The notes beneath the pieces were generated by a model. The model saw only the letters and a list, made by a program, of their open reading frames with translations. It had not been told where the DNA came from and ran no database searches. From Octopus vulgaris (Eukaryota), in NCBI GenBank assembly GCA_951406725.2, contig OX597832.1:59334001-59398000 (forward strand): a stretch of DNA of 64,000 bases. The letters run 5' to 3'. A program made the position numbers and the translations under genes. Shown piece by piece: positions 30,545 through 43,960 of this stretch; the first letter of the stretch is position 1, and every line of letters begins with the position of its first letter.

Positions 30545-31712
30545 AAAGGAGACACGAGGCGCCAGCCTCCTAGAGGCTGGAAGTAAAATCTCCAGATAAA
30601 CCACTAATAACACTGAAAAATGAAACAGAAAACGAACAGTATTCGAACGAAGGAGTAAAGAATTTAGCCATACCATCAAAGCTAAATGGCATTTGGATTC
30701 TCTTGTATCAGGAATTGAGTTCTGGCGAAAAACCCTTCAGCAAGGTTTGTATGTATGTATGTATGTATGTATGTATGGATGGATGGATGGATGGATGGAT
30801 GGATGGATGGATGGATGGATGGATGGATAGATGGATGGATGGATGGATTGATGGATGGATGGATGGATCAAAACAGTTTGATTCAAAATCCGTGGTACTT
30901 AAAGTTTCAAAGCGTGAAGCTTTTCCTCAGCCATTGGAATATATATATGGAAATATGCTAAAATATGTCGGGAAAACATACCACGGCTTTCTTTTGCAAT
31001 CCAGAATTGGATCTTTAGAAACAACTTTATGAATATGGATGAGAAACGAACAGATAATGCAATATATATTCTATAAAATTGTAAACGTTGTTTGAATGTG
31101 TTTGAGAAACTAAAAGTTCAAAGAAAAGCACAGTATCATTTGAATGACAAAGGAAGGAAATCTTTTGAAAATCAAATTCAAAATAATTTTTTGAAATCAA
31201 TACAGCTCTGACATTGGCCTAGTTAGAATGTGGACCCTGAGTTGACCGTTCACGCTCATCCCCTATACATGCTTTTGCAGCAGACCCAATTCTGCAGCTC
31301 CCGCCTGAGGGTCGCTTGGGACGGAACGCTTTCTCATTTTAGTTATGCTGTTGATCCAGAGTGTTAAACATCAGTCATGTCTCAATATTTGTTTTTCGAT
31401 CAAGTATTTTGAAAATTAAATAAGAGACATCCAAATTAGCTTGACTAGCAGCCAGCGAGGAAATTATGGATTACGAGGAATATGCTTATAAGTCACGGAA
31501 GAACCAGCGTAGCTTTGGAAATATGTTACGTGTGTTTTTTTAATTACTCTGAGGAGTTTTAAAAAACATGACAACATAACAGCAAAGTGTATTACAAAGA
31601 GGATGGGCGCATCAAGGTCTTATTCCTTTACTCCATTTTCCTCGGCAAAAGTTTCAGAGAGATATTTATACAAATATTCACACACACCCACACACACACA
31701 CACACACACAAA

Positions 31713-31767
<55 letters not shown>

Positions 31768-31775
31768 ACGCACAC

Positions 31776-31873
<98 letters not shown>

Positions 31874-31921
31874 GTAGGTAGGTAGGTAGGTAGGTAGGTA
31901 GGTAGGTAGGTAGGTAGGTAG

Positions 31922-32008
31922 ATATGCCCACGGGCATATGGCGTAGGAGTTAAGAGCGCGGGCTACTAACCCCCAAGACACCGAGTTCGATTCCAGGCAG
32001 TGATCTGG

Positions 32009-32059
<51 letters not shown>

Positions 32060-32220
32060 ATAATAATATCGAAAAATGACTTAAGAATGAGAGCCCAAGT
32101 TCGAAATTTCCCCAAGACACCTGATGAAGGCTGGAGGGTATATCAGCCGAAACGTTGTGTTAATAACAAACAAGATGAGGACAAAAATCCGCCAAATGTG
32201 AATAATGTAAATAATGTACT
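31922..32220 (+). mobile_element. tRNA-headed SINE-like element with internal (AAT)n and a hammerhead
   Basis: tRNA-like head (A-box-like tggcgtaggagtt, B-box gagttcgattcc) at 31932-32005, then (AAT)n, then a hammerhead at 32116-32161, then a conserved tail aacaaacaagatgaggacaaa...gtaaataatgta. Confidence 0.8.
32116..32161 (+). ncRNA. Minimal type-I hammerhead ribozyme
   Basis: GACAC-CTGATGA-A-GGCTG-gagggtatat-CAGCC-GAA-ACGT-T-GTGTT: stems I and II pair, and stem III is the palindrome ACGT. Confidence 0.85.
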
Positions 32221-32296
32221 ATTAAAAGGGTTCACAAACGCCTCCAGTAAAAATGAATGTTTTTTCTCTCTCACTCTGTTTCTCTGTCTGTCTGTT

Positions 32297-32348
<52 letters not shown>

Positions 32349-32769
32349 AAACACAACGACTTACAAACCTGTTGCCCGCTTTCCAAGGTGCATAAGTTAC
32401 CGAAATCACAACAATCTATCGAAAAGTTGATTATTTCGACCCCAGTACTTAAAAAGTATTTTATTTTATCGAATCCGATAAAATATGTATGTTTGCGTGT
32501 TTGTGTATCTGTATTTGTGCTCCCAACATCGCTTTACAACCGATGTTGGTGTGTATACGTCCCCGTAACTTAGCAGTTCGGCAAAAGAGACCGATAGAAT
32601 AAGTACTAGGCATACAAAGACAAGTCCTGGGGTCGATTTGCACGACTAAGAGGTAGTGCTCTAGCATGGCCGCAGTCATATGACTGAAACAAATAAAATA
32701 TTAAAGGAAAAACGAATAAAATACATACAAATAATTAATAATACATACATATATGTGTATATATGTATG

Positions 32770-32818
<49 letters not shown>

Positions 32819-32847
32819 ATATGAATGAATATATGTGTTTATGTAGG

Positions 32848-32882
<35 letters not shown>

Positions 32883-33189
32883 ATGTATATGTACTTATAT
32901 ATATGTTTATTTATATATATATATATATATGTACTCGCGCACTCATAATTTCTTTAACACCTATTTGTAAACGTCTGTTTGTATTATTCTACTTGATGAT
33001 AGAAGTGTTAATTGTATTCAGTGTTAAATATTACATGTATATATAATATATACAAGTGCAATGTACATAAAGTTTAGCAAGCACTGGCTTGACGACAACC
33101 ACAGAATGAATTTATAAGCAGAGACGAAGACGTACAGATAGCAGAATCGCTAGATTGGTGGTAATATGTTTTGTAGATATTAGTTACAA

Positions 33190-33530
33190 GTGGAGGTGCA
33201 ATGGCCCAGTGGTTAGGATAGCGGTTTCGATTGCCAGACCGGGCGTTGTGAGTGTTTATTGAGCGAAAACAGCTAAAGACCCACGAAGCTCCGGCAGGAG
33301 CTAGTGGCGAACCCTGCTGTACTGTTTCACCACAGCATTCTCTCACTCTTTCTTCCTGTTTCTGTTGTACCAGTATTTCTAAGGGCCAGCCTTGTCACAC
33401 TCTGTGTCACGCTGAATCTCCCCTGAGAACTACTCTAAGAGTACACGTGTCTGTGGAGTGCTCAGCCACTTGAATGTTCTGTTGGTCGGATCAACGGGAA
33501 CCCTCGTCGCGGTAACCGACGAAGTGCCAC
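33190..33530 (+). mobile_element. SINE family B
   Basis: Family-B head (with an internal deletion) and the same tail as 10289-10666. Confidence 0.8.
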
Positions 33531-33715
33531 GATTATTTACAAGCTTCTTAAGATTTGATTTCAAACCTCGCCGAGGTCGCCATATTTGCTGGCATACCAC
33601 GGCGATACATTCATCAGATTAAATTCAATAACGAATCAAAAGCAGCGCTGGTGTTGTAAACACTATCGACCGTACATACTTTATGTATTTTGTTTGTTCG
33701 CTGCTTCGCTCCGTA

Positions 33716-34064
33716 TAGCGCCTGGGTGGAGTCGACTTGCTCATTATGCTGGGTGCCAAAAAAACCTGAACGTCGTAGACAGGCGAGGCAACTCGCCTCC
33801 GATCAAATTTAAGTGTGATGGATGCCGATATTTCGCCACGTTTCAAACTAGCAAGTAGTTTTGACATTATTTCTATATCGTCATAGACTGGCAATTCGAC
33901 TATCCTCCGATTTGATTCAGGCTCGTGGTGCCGAGAAGCCACCAAAAATGGCGAAATATTGACATCTGCTATTCCTGAATTCGATCGGAAGCCTGTTGTT
34001 TCGCCTGTCTATGACATTCAGGTGTTTTAAAATCCAGCGCTATCAGAGAATCTCTCCCCAGGCG

Positions 34065-34067
<3 letters not shown>
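33716..34067. mobile_element. Fold-back MITE (about 350 bp, imperfect inverted repeat over nearly its whole length)
   Basis: Matching inverted blocks: agcgcctggg/ccccaggcgct, cctgaacgtcgtagacaggcga/tcgcctgtctatgacattcagg, ccgatcaaattta/tgaattcgatcgg, gatatttcgcca/tggcgaaatatt. Confidence 0.7.
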
Positions 34068-34163
<96 letters not shown>

Positions 34164-36331
34164 TGTATGTGTGTGAATGTATGTGTGTTAGCGCGCTGGG
34201 TGAAATGCTTACTGGTATTTCGTTCGTCTTTACGTTCTGGGTTCAAATTCCGCCGAGGTCGACTATGCCTATCATCGTTTCGGGGTGGATAAATTAAGTA
34301 CCAATTGCGTACTGGGGTAGATCTAATCGACTGGCCCCCTCCCCTAAAACTTCGAGCCTTGTGCCTAGAGTAGAAAATAATGTATGTGTGTGTGTGTATA
34401 GTCTTATAATAACAGGACTAGTAGTCATGACCCTGTATCATAAAATTTCCTTGGTAAAGTCCTCCCAGTCCTAGTTACTTGCTCTTAAAATGTGACCCTC
34501 CAGTAAGAGGACCCTTGTGTTTGCATACCCTACTCTCACTCCCTCCCTCTTTTTTCTCTCTTTCTCTCTTTTTCCACACACACACACACACACACACACA
34601 TGTATATATACTCAGACATAAAAGTAGGAGGTCTTAGAAGCATGGGACGCATTTTATTCGTAATTTTCAAAATTTATTAGTAATAAATGTGTTTGGTGCA
34701 ATCCTAGTTACTTGCGTCTAAAACATGCGTGTCCCACAATTACAAACTACCCTGTATTTTGAGAAGCCATACTCTGACTTTACCCAAAGTGAAAGTTTAA
34801 AGGTTATGCAAGTAATACCAAGATGACATTTAGCTTATCCACTTGCGAGCTAAGCAGAATTCTCTGTGAATATAGCTAGAAGCTATTATTCTCGCGGTAG
34901 ATTAACGAAGTTGAACCGCAAAAGCTGATGAAGTATAATGGGCCTAAAGTCCGCCATTTTATATCTTAGTTATTTTTTTATGAACATTCCTACAACTTTA
35001 AGGACGAATATGTTTTAAACTTTTTAAATATATTTCATGTGGCAGAACTGAAATATATTTCCAATTCCGTATAAATTACATTCTCTGCTTCGTATACAAT
35101 CGGTTCCTTCTATGTTCTTTTACAAAGTCAAGGCAGGAGAATTGCTAAAATGTGACAATAAATTCGATTTGTACTTTTATCTGATATGCTGCTTATAACG
35201 TAACAAGTAAAAACCATTTTTCTTCTTCACTCCAAGAGATCTCAAAGGTCATAGATATGACCGTATATTCTATACTTTATTTTTCCGTTGCCTTCTACTT
35301 TTACACAGATATATATATATTCTCCTGTATTCTCATATATTCCAAATGTTTTCATGAAGAAATAAATCTCTTTATTACGCTGCACATCCTACCAAGAAGT
35401 CTTATATATTTCACACATAGGAATTTTATCGTTTCTCTGATTAGTCATTCTTCGAAACCTAAATACATAAATAAACAAATAAATAAATACATAAATAAAT
35501 TCTGACATTCAAAATAAAAATTGAAAAACTAAATATAGTTAGGAAGATGTAGCTTGATATGCAAAAGAAACTTGAGAGAGGGTACCGAACAAAGAAATAC
35601 GTGATGTATCTATATGATATAAAGTTTTTGATATTTTGCACTCCGGCCTAACATAGAAGCTATTATAAAGTAAAATTGCATAGAGTTACCGAATAGGCTT
35701 TTCTTTACATTTATTTCTGTTTTAATTAAAATGCCATTTTAGCGTTCGTTTCAATAAATGTTACCAATCGGATCGGATTCCGTGCGTAGGTTTTAGAATA
35801 TTGTCTGTTTTTTTTTTTCCTTTTCTTTCTTTTTTTTTGTTTTTTTTGTTTACTGTTCTAGGTTTGGATTTAGATATTTTGGGTAGTCTTGAATGTGGAT
35901 GGAAGTATTTGTGTTCGGATGTAAGCGTCGTGAATGATGCGTGTACGTAGTGTTAATATGGTCCCCTCTGCAACCTCCCACCCAGTGACGTAGTTTGTTA
36001 AGGAAGAACATAGAATTGAGTGTGTAATTCCTTTACGCATGTGTCCATAGTATATATGTATCGGTGTGTGCGTATGTATGTATGTATGTATGTATGTACG
36101 TGTATCTACAAATGCATATACAAATATATGTATATGTACGTATGTATATGTATGTACATATATATATATACATATTATACATATGCGTAATGATAAAAGA
36201 GCAGAAGTTTTGGAATCACCTTCATGACTTACTGCTGTCTTGAGCAGCAAGGACCTACGCACCCAAGTTTAAGTGCGACTTCTTACAGCTTCATCAGAGC
36301 TCTAACACACACAGACATATATATGTGTGTG

Positions 36332-36427
<96 letters not shown>

Positions 36428-36428
36428 T

Positions 36429-36482
<54 letters not shown>

Positions 36483-36784
36483 TCTAGGTTCAGCCCCACT
36501 GCATGACACCTTGGGTAAGTGACTTCCACTATAGCCTCTGGCCGGTCAAAGTCTTCTGAGTGGATATGGTAGACGGAAAATGAAAGAAATCCCTCGTATG
36601 TATGTATATATATATATATATATATATAGGGAGAATTCGGAAAAAAAACAGAAGACGAAGACAGGTGGTGTCGCTCAGGAACGGAAAAAGGCTTTAACGT
36701 TTCGAGCCTACGCTCTTCCATAGAAAGGAACACAGGAAGTAACAAGGAGAGAAAATAAAGAATGTGTAGTGGCTAGCAATATAT

Positions 36785-37075
<291 letters not shown>

Positions 37076-37076
37076 T

Positions 37077-37142
<66 letters not shown>

Positions 37143-37291
37143 AATATAAGAGAGTGGTCACTATATTGCTCACTCTAGCACCAGTTAATCCAAAAGGTTT
37201 CAACCACGAAAATACATGTTTCCCATGAAAGCCAGTACGACTGTTAGCTCACACGGACAGGGCAAATAAAAAATAACAAAAATACAGATTA

Positions 37292-37371
37292 TTTTGGGAC
37301 AATTGTTTCGCTATTAATGAATTAAATGTAATATTACTTACAAAAATCCATTTGTAGCTCGTCAGCCAAGA
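37292..37371 (-). ncRNA. Type-I hammerhead ribozyme (533-bp family)
   Basis: Reverse complement reads cttgg-CTGACGA-GCTA..TAGC-GAA-ACAATTGT-C-ccaaaa. Confidence 0.85.
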
Positions 37372-37824
37372 CTATCTGGATGAAATCCACTCAATCACAC
37401 GCCAGATTTTACCATAACGATAAATACGCGTGTGGTTCAATTGATTACATCCGACGTTATAATTCAAATGCCCCAACCAACAGCGCGCCAAACTCTCACG
37501 GAAAACAAATACAGCATTTAGAAATAAATGCAGCATAATTATAATTAATTAATAAGGGTGAGAGAATTAGATACTAATTTAATAGTATATTTATTCCACA
37601 CCAAGTGGCCTAGTGCTACGAGAAACCTGGATTATTATAATATTTTATAACATATTATAATATTTTTACAAAATAAATATAAGAGAGTGGTCACTATATT
37701 GCTCACTCTAGCACCAGTTAATCCAAAAGGTTTCAACCACGAAAATACATGTTTCCCATGAAAGCCAGTACGACTGTTAGCTCACACGGACAGGGCAAAT
37801 AAAAAATAACAAAAATACAGATTA

Positions 37825-37904
37825 TTTTGGGACAATTGTTTCGCTATTAATGAATTAAATGTAATATTATTTACAAAAATCCATTTGTAGCTCGTCAGCC
37901 AAGA
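37825..37904 (-). ncRNA. Type-I hammerhead ribozyme (533-bp family)
   Basis: Same motif, 533 bp from the previous copy. Confidence 0.85.
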
Positions 37905-38895
37905 CTATCTGGATGAAATCCACTCAATCACACGCCAGATTTTACCATAACGATAAATACGCGTGTGGTTCAATTGATTACATCCGACGTTATAATTCAA
38001 ATGCCCCAACCAACAGCGCGCCAAACTCTCACGGAAAACAAATACAGCATTTAGAAATAAATGCAGCATAATTATAATTAATTAATAAGGGTGAGAGAAT
38101 TAGATACTAATTTAATAGTATATTTATTCCACACCAAGTGGCCTAGTGCTACGAGAAACCTGGATTATTATAATATTTTATAACATATTATAATATTTTT
38201 ACAAAATAAATATAAGAGAGTGGTCACTATATTGCTCACTCTAGCACCAGTTAATCCAAAAGGTTTCAACCACGAAAATACATGTTTCCCATGAAAGCCA
38301 GTACGACTGTTAGCTCACACGGACAGGGCAAATAAAAAATAACAAAAATACAGATTATTTTGGGACAATTGTTTCGCTATTAATGGATTATTGTAAGTAA
38401 TATTACATTTAATTCATTAATAGCGAAACAATTGTCCCAAAATAATCTGTATTTTTGTTATTTTTTATTTGCCCTGTCCCTGTGAGCTAACAATCGTACT
38501 GACTTTCATGGGAAACATGTATTTTCGTGGTTGAAACCTTTTGGATTAACTGGTGCTAGAGTGAGCCATATAGTGACCACTCTCTTATATTTATTTTGTA
38601 AAAATATTATAATATGTTATAAAATATTATAATAATCCAGGTTTCTCGTAGCACTAGGCCACTTGGTGTTGAATAGATATACTATTAAATTAGTATCTAA
38701 TTCTCTCACCCTTATTAATTAATTATAATTATGCTGCATTTATTTCTAAATGCTGTATTTGTTTTCCGTGAAAGTTTGGCGCGCTGTTAGTTGGGGCATT
38801 TGAATTATAACGTCGGATGTAATCAATTGAACCACACGCGTATTTATCGTTATGGTAAAATCTGGCGTGTGATTGAGTGGATTTCATCCAGATAG

Positions 38896-38978
38896 TTTTG
38901 GCTGACGAGCTACAAATGGATTTTTTTTGTAAGTAAAATTACATTTAATTCATTAATAGCGAAACAATTGTCCCAAAA
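38896..38978 (+). ncRNA. Type-I hammerhead ribozyme (533-bp family)
   Basis: ttttgg-CTGACGA-GCTA..TAGC-GAA-ACAATTGT-C(38972)-ccaaaa. Confidence 0.88.
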
Positions 38979-39431
38979 TAATCTGTATTTTTGTTATTTT
39001 TTATTTGCCCTGTCCGTGTGAGCTAACAGTCGTACTGGCTTTCATGGGAAACATGTATTTTCGTGGTTGAAACCTTTTGGATTAACTGGTGCTAGAGTGA
39101 GCAATATAGTGACCACTCTCTTATATTTATTTTGTAAAAATATTATAATATGTTATAAAATATTATAATAATCCAGGTTTCTCGTAGCACTAGGCCACTT
39201 GGTGTGGAATAAATATACTATTAAATTAGTATCTAATTCTCTCACCCTTATTAATTAATTATAATTATGCTGCATTTATTTCTAAATGCTGTATTTGTTT
39301 TCCGTGAGAGTTTGGCGCGCTGTTGGTTGGGGCATTTGAATTATAACGTCGGATGTAATCAATTGAACCACACGCGTATTTATCGTTATGGTAAAATCTG
39401 GCGTGTGATTGAGTGGATTTCATCCAGATAG

Positions 39432-39511
39432 TCTTGGCTGACGAGCTACAAATGGATTTTTGTAAGTAATATTACATTTAATTCATTAATAGCGAAACAA
39501 TTGTCCCAAAA
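39432..39511 (+). ncRNA. Type-I hammerhead ribozyme (533-bp family)
   Basis: tcttgg-CTGACGA-GCTA..TAGC-GAA-ACAATTGT-C(39505)-ccaaaa. Confidence 0.85.
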
Positions 39512-40018
39512 TAATCTGTATTTTTGTTATTTTTTATTTGCCCTGTCCGTGTGAGCTAACAGTCGTACTGGCTTTCATGGGAAACATGTATTTTCGTGGT
39601 TGAAACCTTTTGGATTAACTGGTGCTAGAGTGAGCAATATAGTGACCACTCTCTTATATTTATTTTGTAAAAATATTATAATATGTTATAAAATATTATA
39701 ATAATCCAGGTTTCTCGTAGCACTAGGCCACTTGGTGTGGAATAAATATACTATTAAATTAGTATCTAATTCTCTCACCCTTATTAATTAATTATATATA
39801 TATATATATATCTTAATGTGTCTTTCTGACTGTCCCACCATCGTTTGGCAACCGATGTTGGAGCGTTTATATCTCCGAAGCTTAGCGGTTCGGCATAAAA
39901 GTCGATAGAGTAAGTACTAGGCTTAAAAAGAATAAGTCCGGCTGTCGATTTCTTCGACTAAATGTTGTGCTCCAGCATAGCCGCAGTCAAATGACTGGAT
40001 CGTGTGAAAGAATAAAAG

Positions 40019-40068
<50 letters not shown>

Positions 40069-40102
40069 TACGTATGTGTGTGCACGTGTGTGTGTGTGTG
40101 TA

Positions 40103-40139
<37 letters not shown>

Positions 40140-41644
40140 ATATGTGTATATATTGTATGTATTTTCCATCCCCCGTGAGTGATATATTTCACTCTTCTGT
40201 AACTGTATATTGCTGGAGGATGTGAACATAGGCTAGAGTACCAAAACACCCTTGCGATATTTGTTCTGATCCCAGTAACACAAAAACTCTCTTATCATTT
40301 ACTCCGTGAGAAATGTAGTGAACCAGAGAGGGGTAACTTGGAAACCTGTGCCCCCTGATCAATTATGCTCCTGGCTTCTCACTGCGATATAAAATAAATA
40401 AATAAATAATTGCATTTCTCTTGTTTATATTCGTTATAAATAAAATGTTTTGTTATTAAATTCTTTCTTTCGCTGTTTTTCATTCTCAAATAAACTATAT
40501 TGATTTCTTGTATTGGCAAAAGATCACGATTTTCTTTAGGTGAAAAACATCCTTATTTTAAATGATCGTGTCCTCAGGACTTGACTGTTATTTTAGTTTG
40601 TCGATCTCTTAAGGGATTTTTACCCTAGCTGGTAAAATTGTTAGCGTGTTGGAAAAAATGCTTAGCGGCATTTTGTCCGTTCTAACGCTTTAAAATTCAA
40701 ATTCTGCCGAGGTCGAGTCTACCTTTCATTCTTTCTGGGTATCGATTAAATGAACACCATTTGTGCACTGGAATTTATGAAATCGATTTTTTCCGCTCCC
40801 CAGAAATTACTGGTCTTGTATCGAAATCTAAAACCATTATATTTTATCGATTCCCTCGGGCGGCAAGATGATAGGAATCGCTAGCACGTCGAACATAATG
40901 CTTAGCAGCATTTTTCCAGTTTTACGTATTTAGTCGACCCTGCATTTCATTGTTTCTGGGTCGATAGAATAAGAACCATTTAAGTACTGCGCTCCGGGTT
41001 ATCGATTTACTGTTTGCCTGTAAAGTTCATCTTTTGTGCCCGTGGTAGGAAAAAATATATATATATATTATCGACCAAGGAAGTATGAAACTCAAATTGT
41101 GGTCGTCGTCAAATTAGAAACCAGACTACAAAAAGCCGCGAATGAATACCTCAACACAACCCCGCCACCGGTATAGTGATTCACCCACTGCGCCCCTTAT
41201 TAAGAAACATTGTATTTCCATCATTTCTGTCACATTTAACATCTGTACCGGTCGAAAGATGGGGAGAGGGTTGTAATCCTCGTCTGATTGACGTACCCTA
41301 AATACACAAAAGACTTCTCCGCCATGTTTGTTTTCATTTTCAGTTCCTTTTTTTGCGATGAAACAGTATTTTTTGTAAATTTTAATGAGCTCATTAGAAA
41401 CTCTTTCTGTTGCTATATCAAACTTTTTTTTCGCCTCCTGTCATTTTAGACTTTCTTTCGTCCCTACGCCATGTTCAACTCGTAACATTTCTGTGTTCGG
41501 TTTATAAACTGATTTACCCAAGGGAATAGAAGCGTGGCTCTGTGTGTGCGTATGTGGAAGGGTGGAGAATAAATGCGGCTGATGGAGGGGAATAAAAATG
41601 TTTCATATTTTCTCATTATATCTATATGTCAGAATAGCGAATAT

Positions 41645-41706
<62 letters not shown>

Positions 41707-41840
41707 ATACGTATATATGTATATGTATTGATTTATTTATATATATACATATATAGACACGCATACATACTGAGGAGTATGGAGTGTGTATACTTATCTG
41801 TGTATGCGTGTATGTGTATGTATGTAAATATATATGTATG

Positions 41841-41903
<63 letters not shown>

Positions 41904-42035
41904 GCGCGCATATGTATATATGTATGCGTTTATATACATTTTTGTATATACCGCTTATACTCTCACACATTTACACATACATACATATATATATTTATGG
42001 ATATCTTGTTATCTAAGTACTATTTTAGTATTTTA

Positions 42036-42087
<52 letters not shown>

Positions 42088-42869
42088 GTACACACAAACT
42101 CACACACTCACTCACTCTCACAGACACGCGTCCTCATCTCCATACATACACACTCCACCCCTTACACACTCATGTATGTATATAAATAAATAAATGAGAA
42201 ATTATGGCAGGTATGGTAGCGGGACAATCGTAAATGTCGTTGTTTCGATCCTAAGACGAGGCAATGCCTTTTTCTTTCTGGCGAAACCACGACTTTCTCA
42301 TGGCACCATCACTTCTGCTTAGCCACACACCTCCGACCAAAGTACCAGAAAGCTTGCGACGGAATGGAGTCCAAGAGCATTGGTATTCGTTGTATATCTG
42401 GAACAAACATTATTCGTGACCGTACTCATTACCTTTAGAAACTACTCAGGTGATATCTCAGTAATATATTCCTTCAGGGAAAAAGGCCGTTAGACGAAAA
42501 AAAGAAAGAATGAAAGACGGAAAGAAAGATAAACAACAAACGAGGATGGCGGCGGTGGCTGCGGTGATGGTGGTGGTGGTGCTGTTGGGAAATGGTGGTG
42601 TTGGTGCTATTGATGTTACGATTCTGCTGCTCGTGATGCTGGTTGTGCGAGTAGTTCCTCCGGTGCATTCTAGATTTCGTCTCTTTGATCGTGCTGTAAA
42701 TATGGACGGTGCACTGCGTAAGGACGAAGTGTGTTGCTTCTACGAGTGTGTGTTTGTTCTCTTTTGTTTTGTTTTGTTGTTTCCCTTTTTTTTTTGTCTG
42801 TGGACTTTTTGTTCCTTTTTTTTTGTTTTGTTTCTTTTTTGTTTTATTTCGCTTTTGAAATTGCTGTTA

Positions 42870-42903
42870 ATGTAGTGATGGTGCCGATGATGATGATGAT
42901 GAC

Positions 42904-42966
<63 letters not shown>

Positions 42967-43247
42967 GGTGGTGGTGGTGGTGGTGGTGGTGGTGGTGGTG
43001 GCAATGGCAGTGGCAGTGGTGATGGTGGAGGTTGTAAAGTAGAAGACGAAGACGAAGAAAAAGAAGAAGAAAAAGAAAAAGAAGACGAAGAAACACAAGA
43101 AGATGACGAAGAAACACAAGAAGAAGATGATGATGATGATGATGATGGTGATGATGACGATTATGACGACGACGATGACGGTATTGGTTATGGTAGGAGT
43201 AGTGGTGGTGGTGGTGGTGATGGTGGTAACAGAAAGATGATGGTGTA

Positions 43248-43282
<35 letters not shown>

Positions 43283-43960
43283 CGACGATGATGACGGTGA
43301 TCATGGTGGTGATAATGGTGTTGGTGTTGGTGCTTGTGGTGGTAACAGAAGATGATGATGATGATAATCATGATTACGATGATGACGATGCTAATGATGA
43401 TGGTATTGCTAATGCTGATGATTTTTGTGGTGGTAGTGGTGATGGTAGCGGTGGTAACGGTTGTGGTAGAAAAAGACAAAGAAGAAGAGGACGCGGAGGA
43501 AGAGGAAGTGGAGAAGGCGAAGTAAGAAGAGCAAGAGGACGTGGAGGAGGAGGTGGAGTCAGAGTCAGAAGAGGACGAGGAGGAGGCAAATACAACAGCA
43601 GTATTTGTTGTACTGGTGGTTTTGCATAACGGTGACACAGTAGTAGTAGTAGTAGCAGCAGCAGCAACAGCAGTAGTAGTAGTAGTAGTAGTGATGCCGG
43701 TGGTATTGTTGGTGATTGTTGATGTTGTTATTGTAGTCGTTGTTGCTGTTGTTGTTGTTGTTGTGGTGGTGGTGGTGGTGGTGGTGGGTGTTGGGGGTAG
43801 TTGTTGTGATGGTAGTGGTGATGATGGTGGTGGTTGTTGTTGTTGTTGCTGGTGTTGTCATTGTGGTGGTGGGTATGGTTGTTGCTGTTGTCGTTTTGGT
43901 GGTGGTGGTGGTGGTGATGGTGGTGGTGGTGGTGGTGGTGGTAGTGGTGGTGGTATGTCT
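42870..43960. repeat. Long compound trinucleotide region (GAT/GGT/GAA/GTA/GTT)n
   Basis: Read directly; source of the spurious low-complexity ORFs. Confidence 0.95.

Larger units (their letters stand above)
37137..39795. mobile_element. Retrozyme-like 533-bp tandem repeat, about 5 units arranged head-to-head, inserted in (TA)n
   Basis: aagagagtgg recurs at 37148, 37681 and 38214 (period 533). Orientation flips at about 38385, then about 2.6 units run in the opposite orientation. Each full unit carries a type-I hammerhead. Confidence 0.92.

Noticed and set aside
37137-39795. CRISPR array or plain satellite interpretation
   Set aside because: No short repeat with unique spacers and the context is eukaryotic. 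Low copy number, dispersed loci, an internal inversion and a ribozyme per unit argue against a simple satellite.
42250-42405. Possible minus-strand terminal exon after ttccag
   Set aside because: All three frames give short, unrecognisable peptides, and no partner exons were found.
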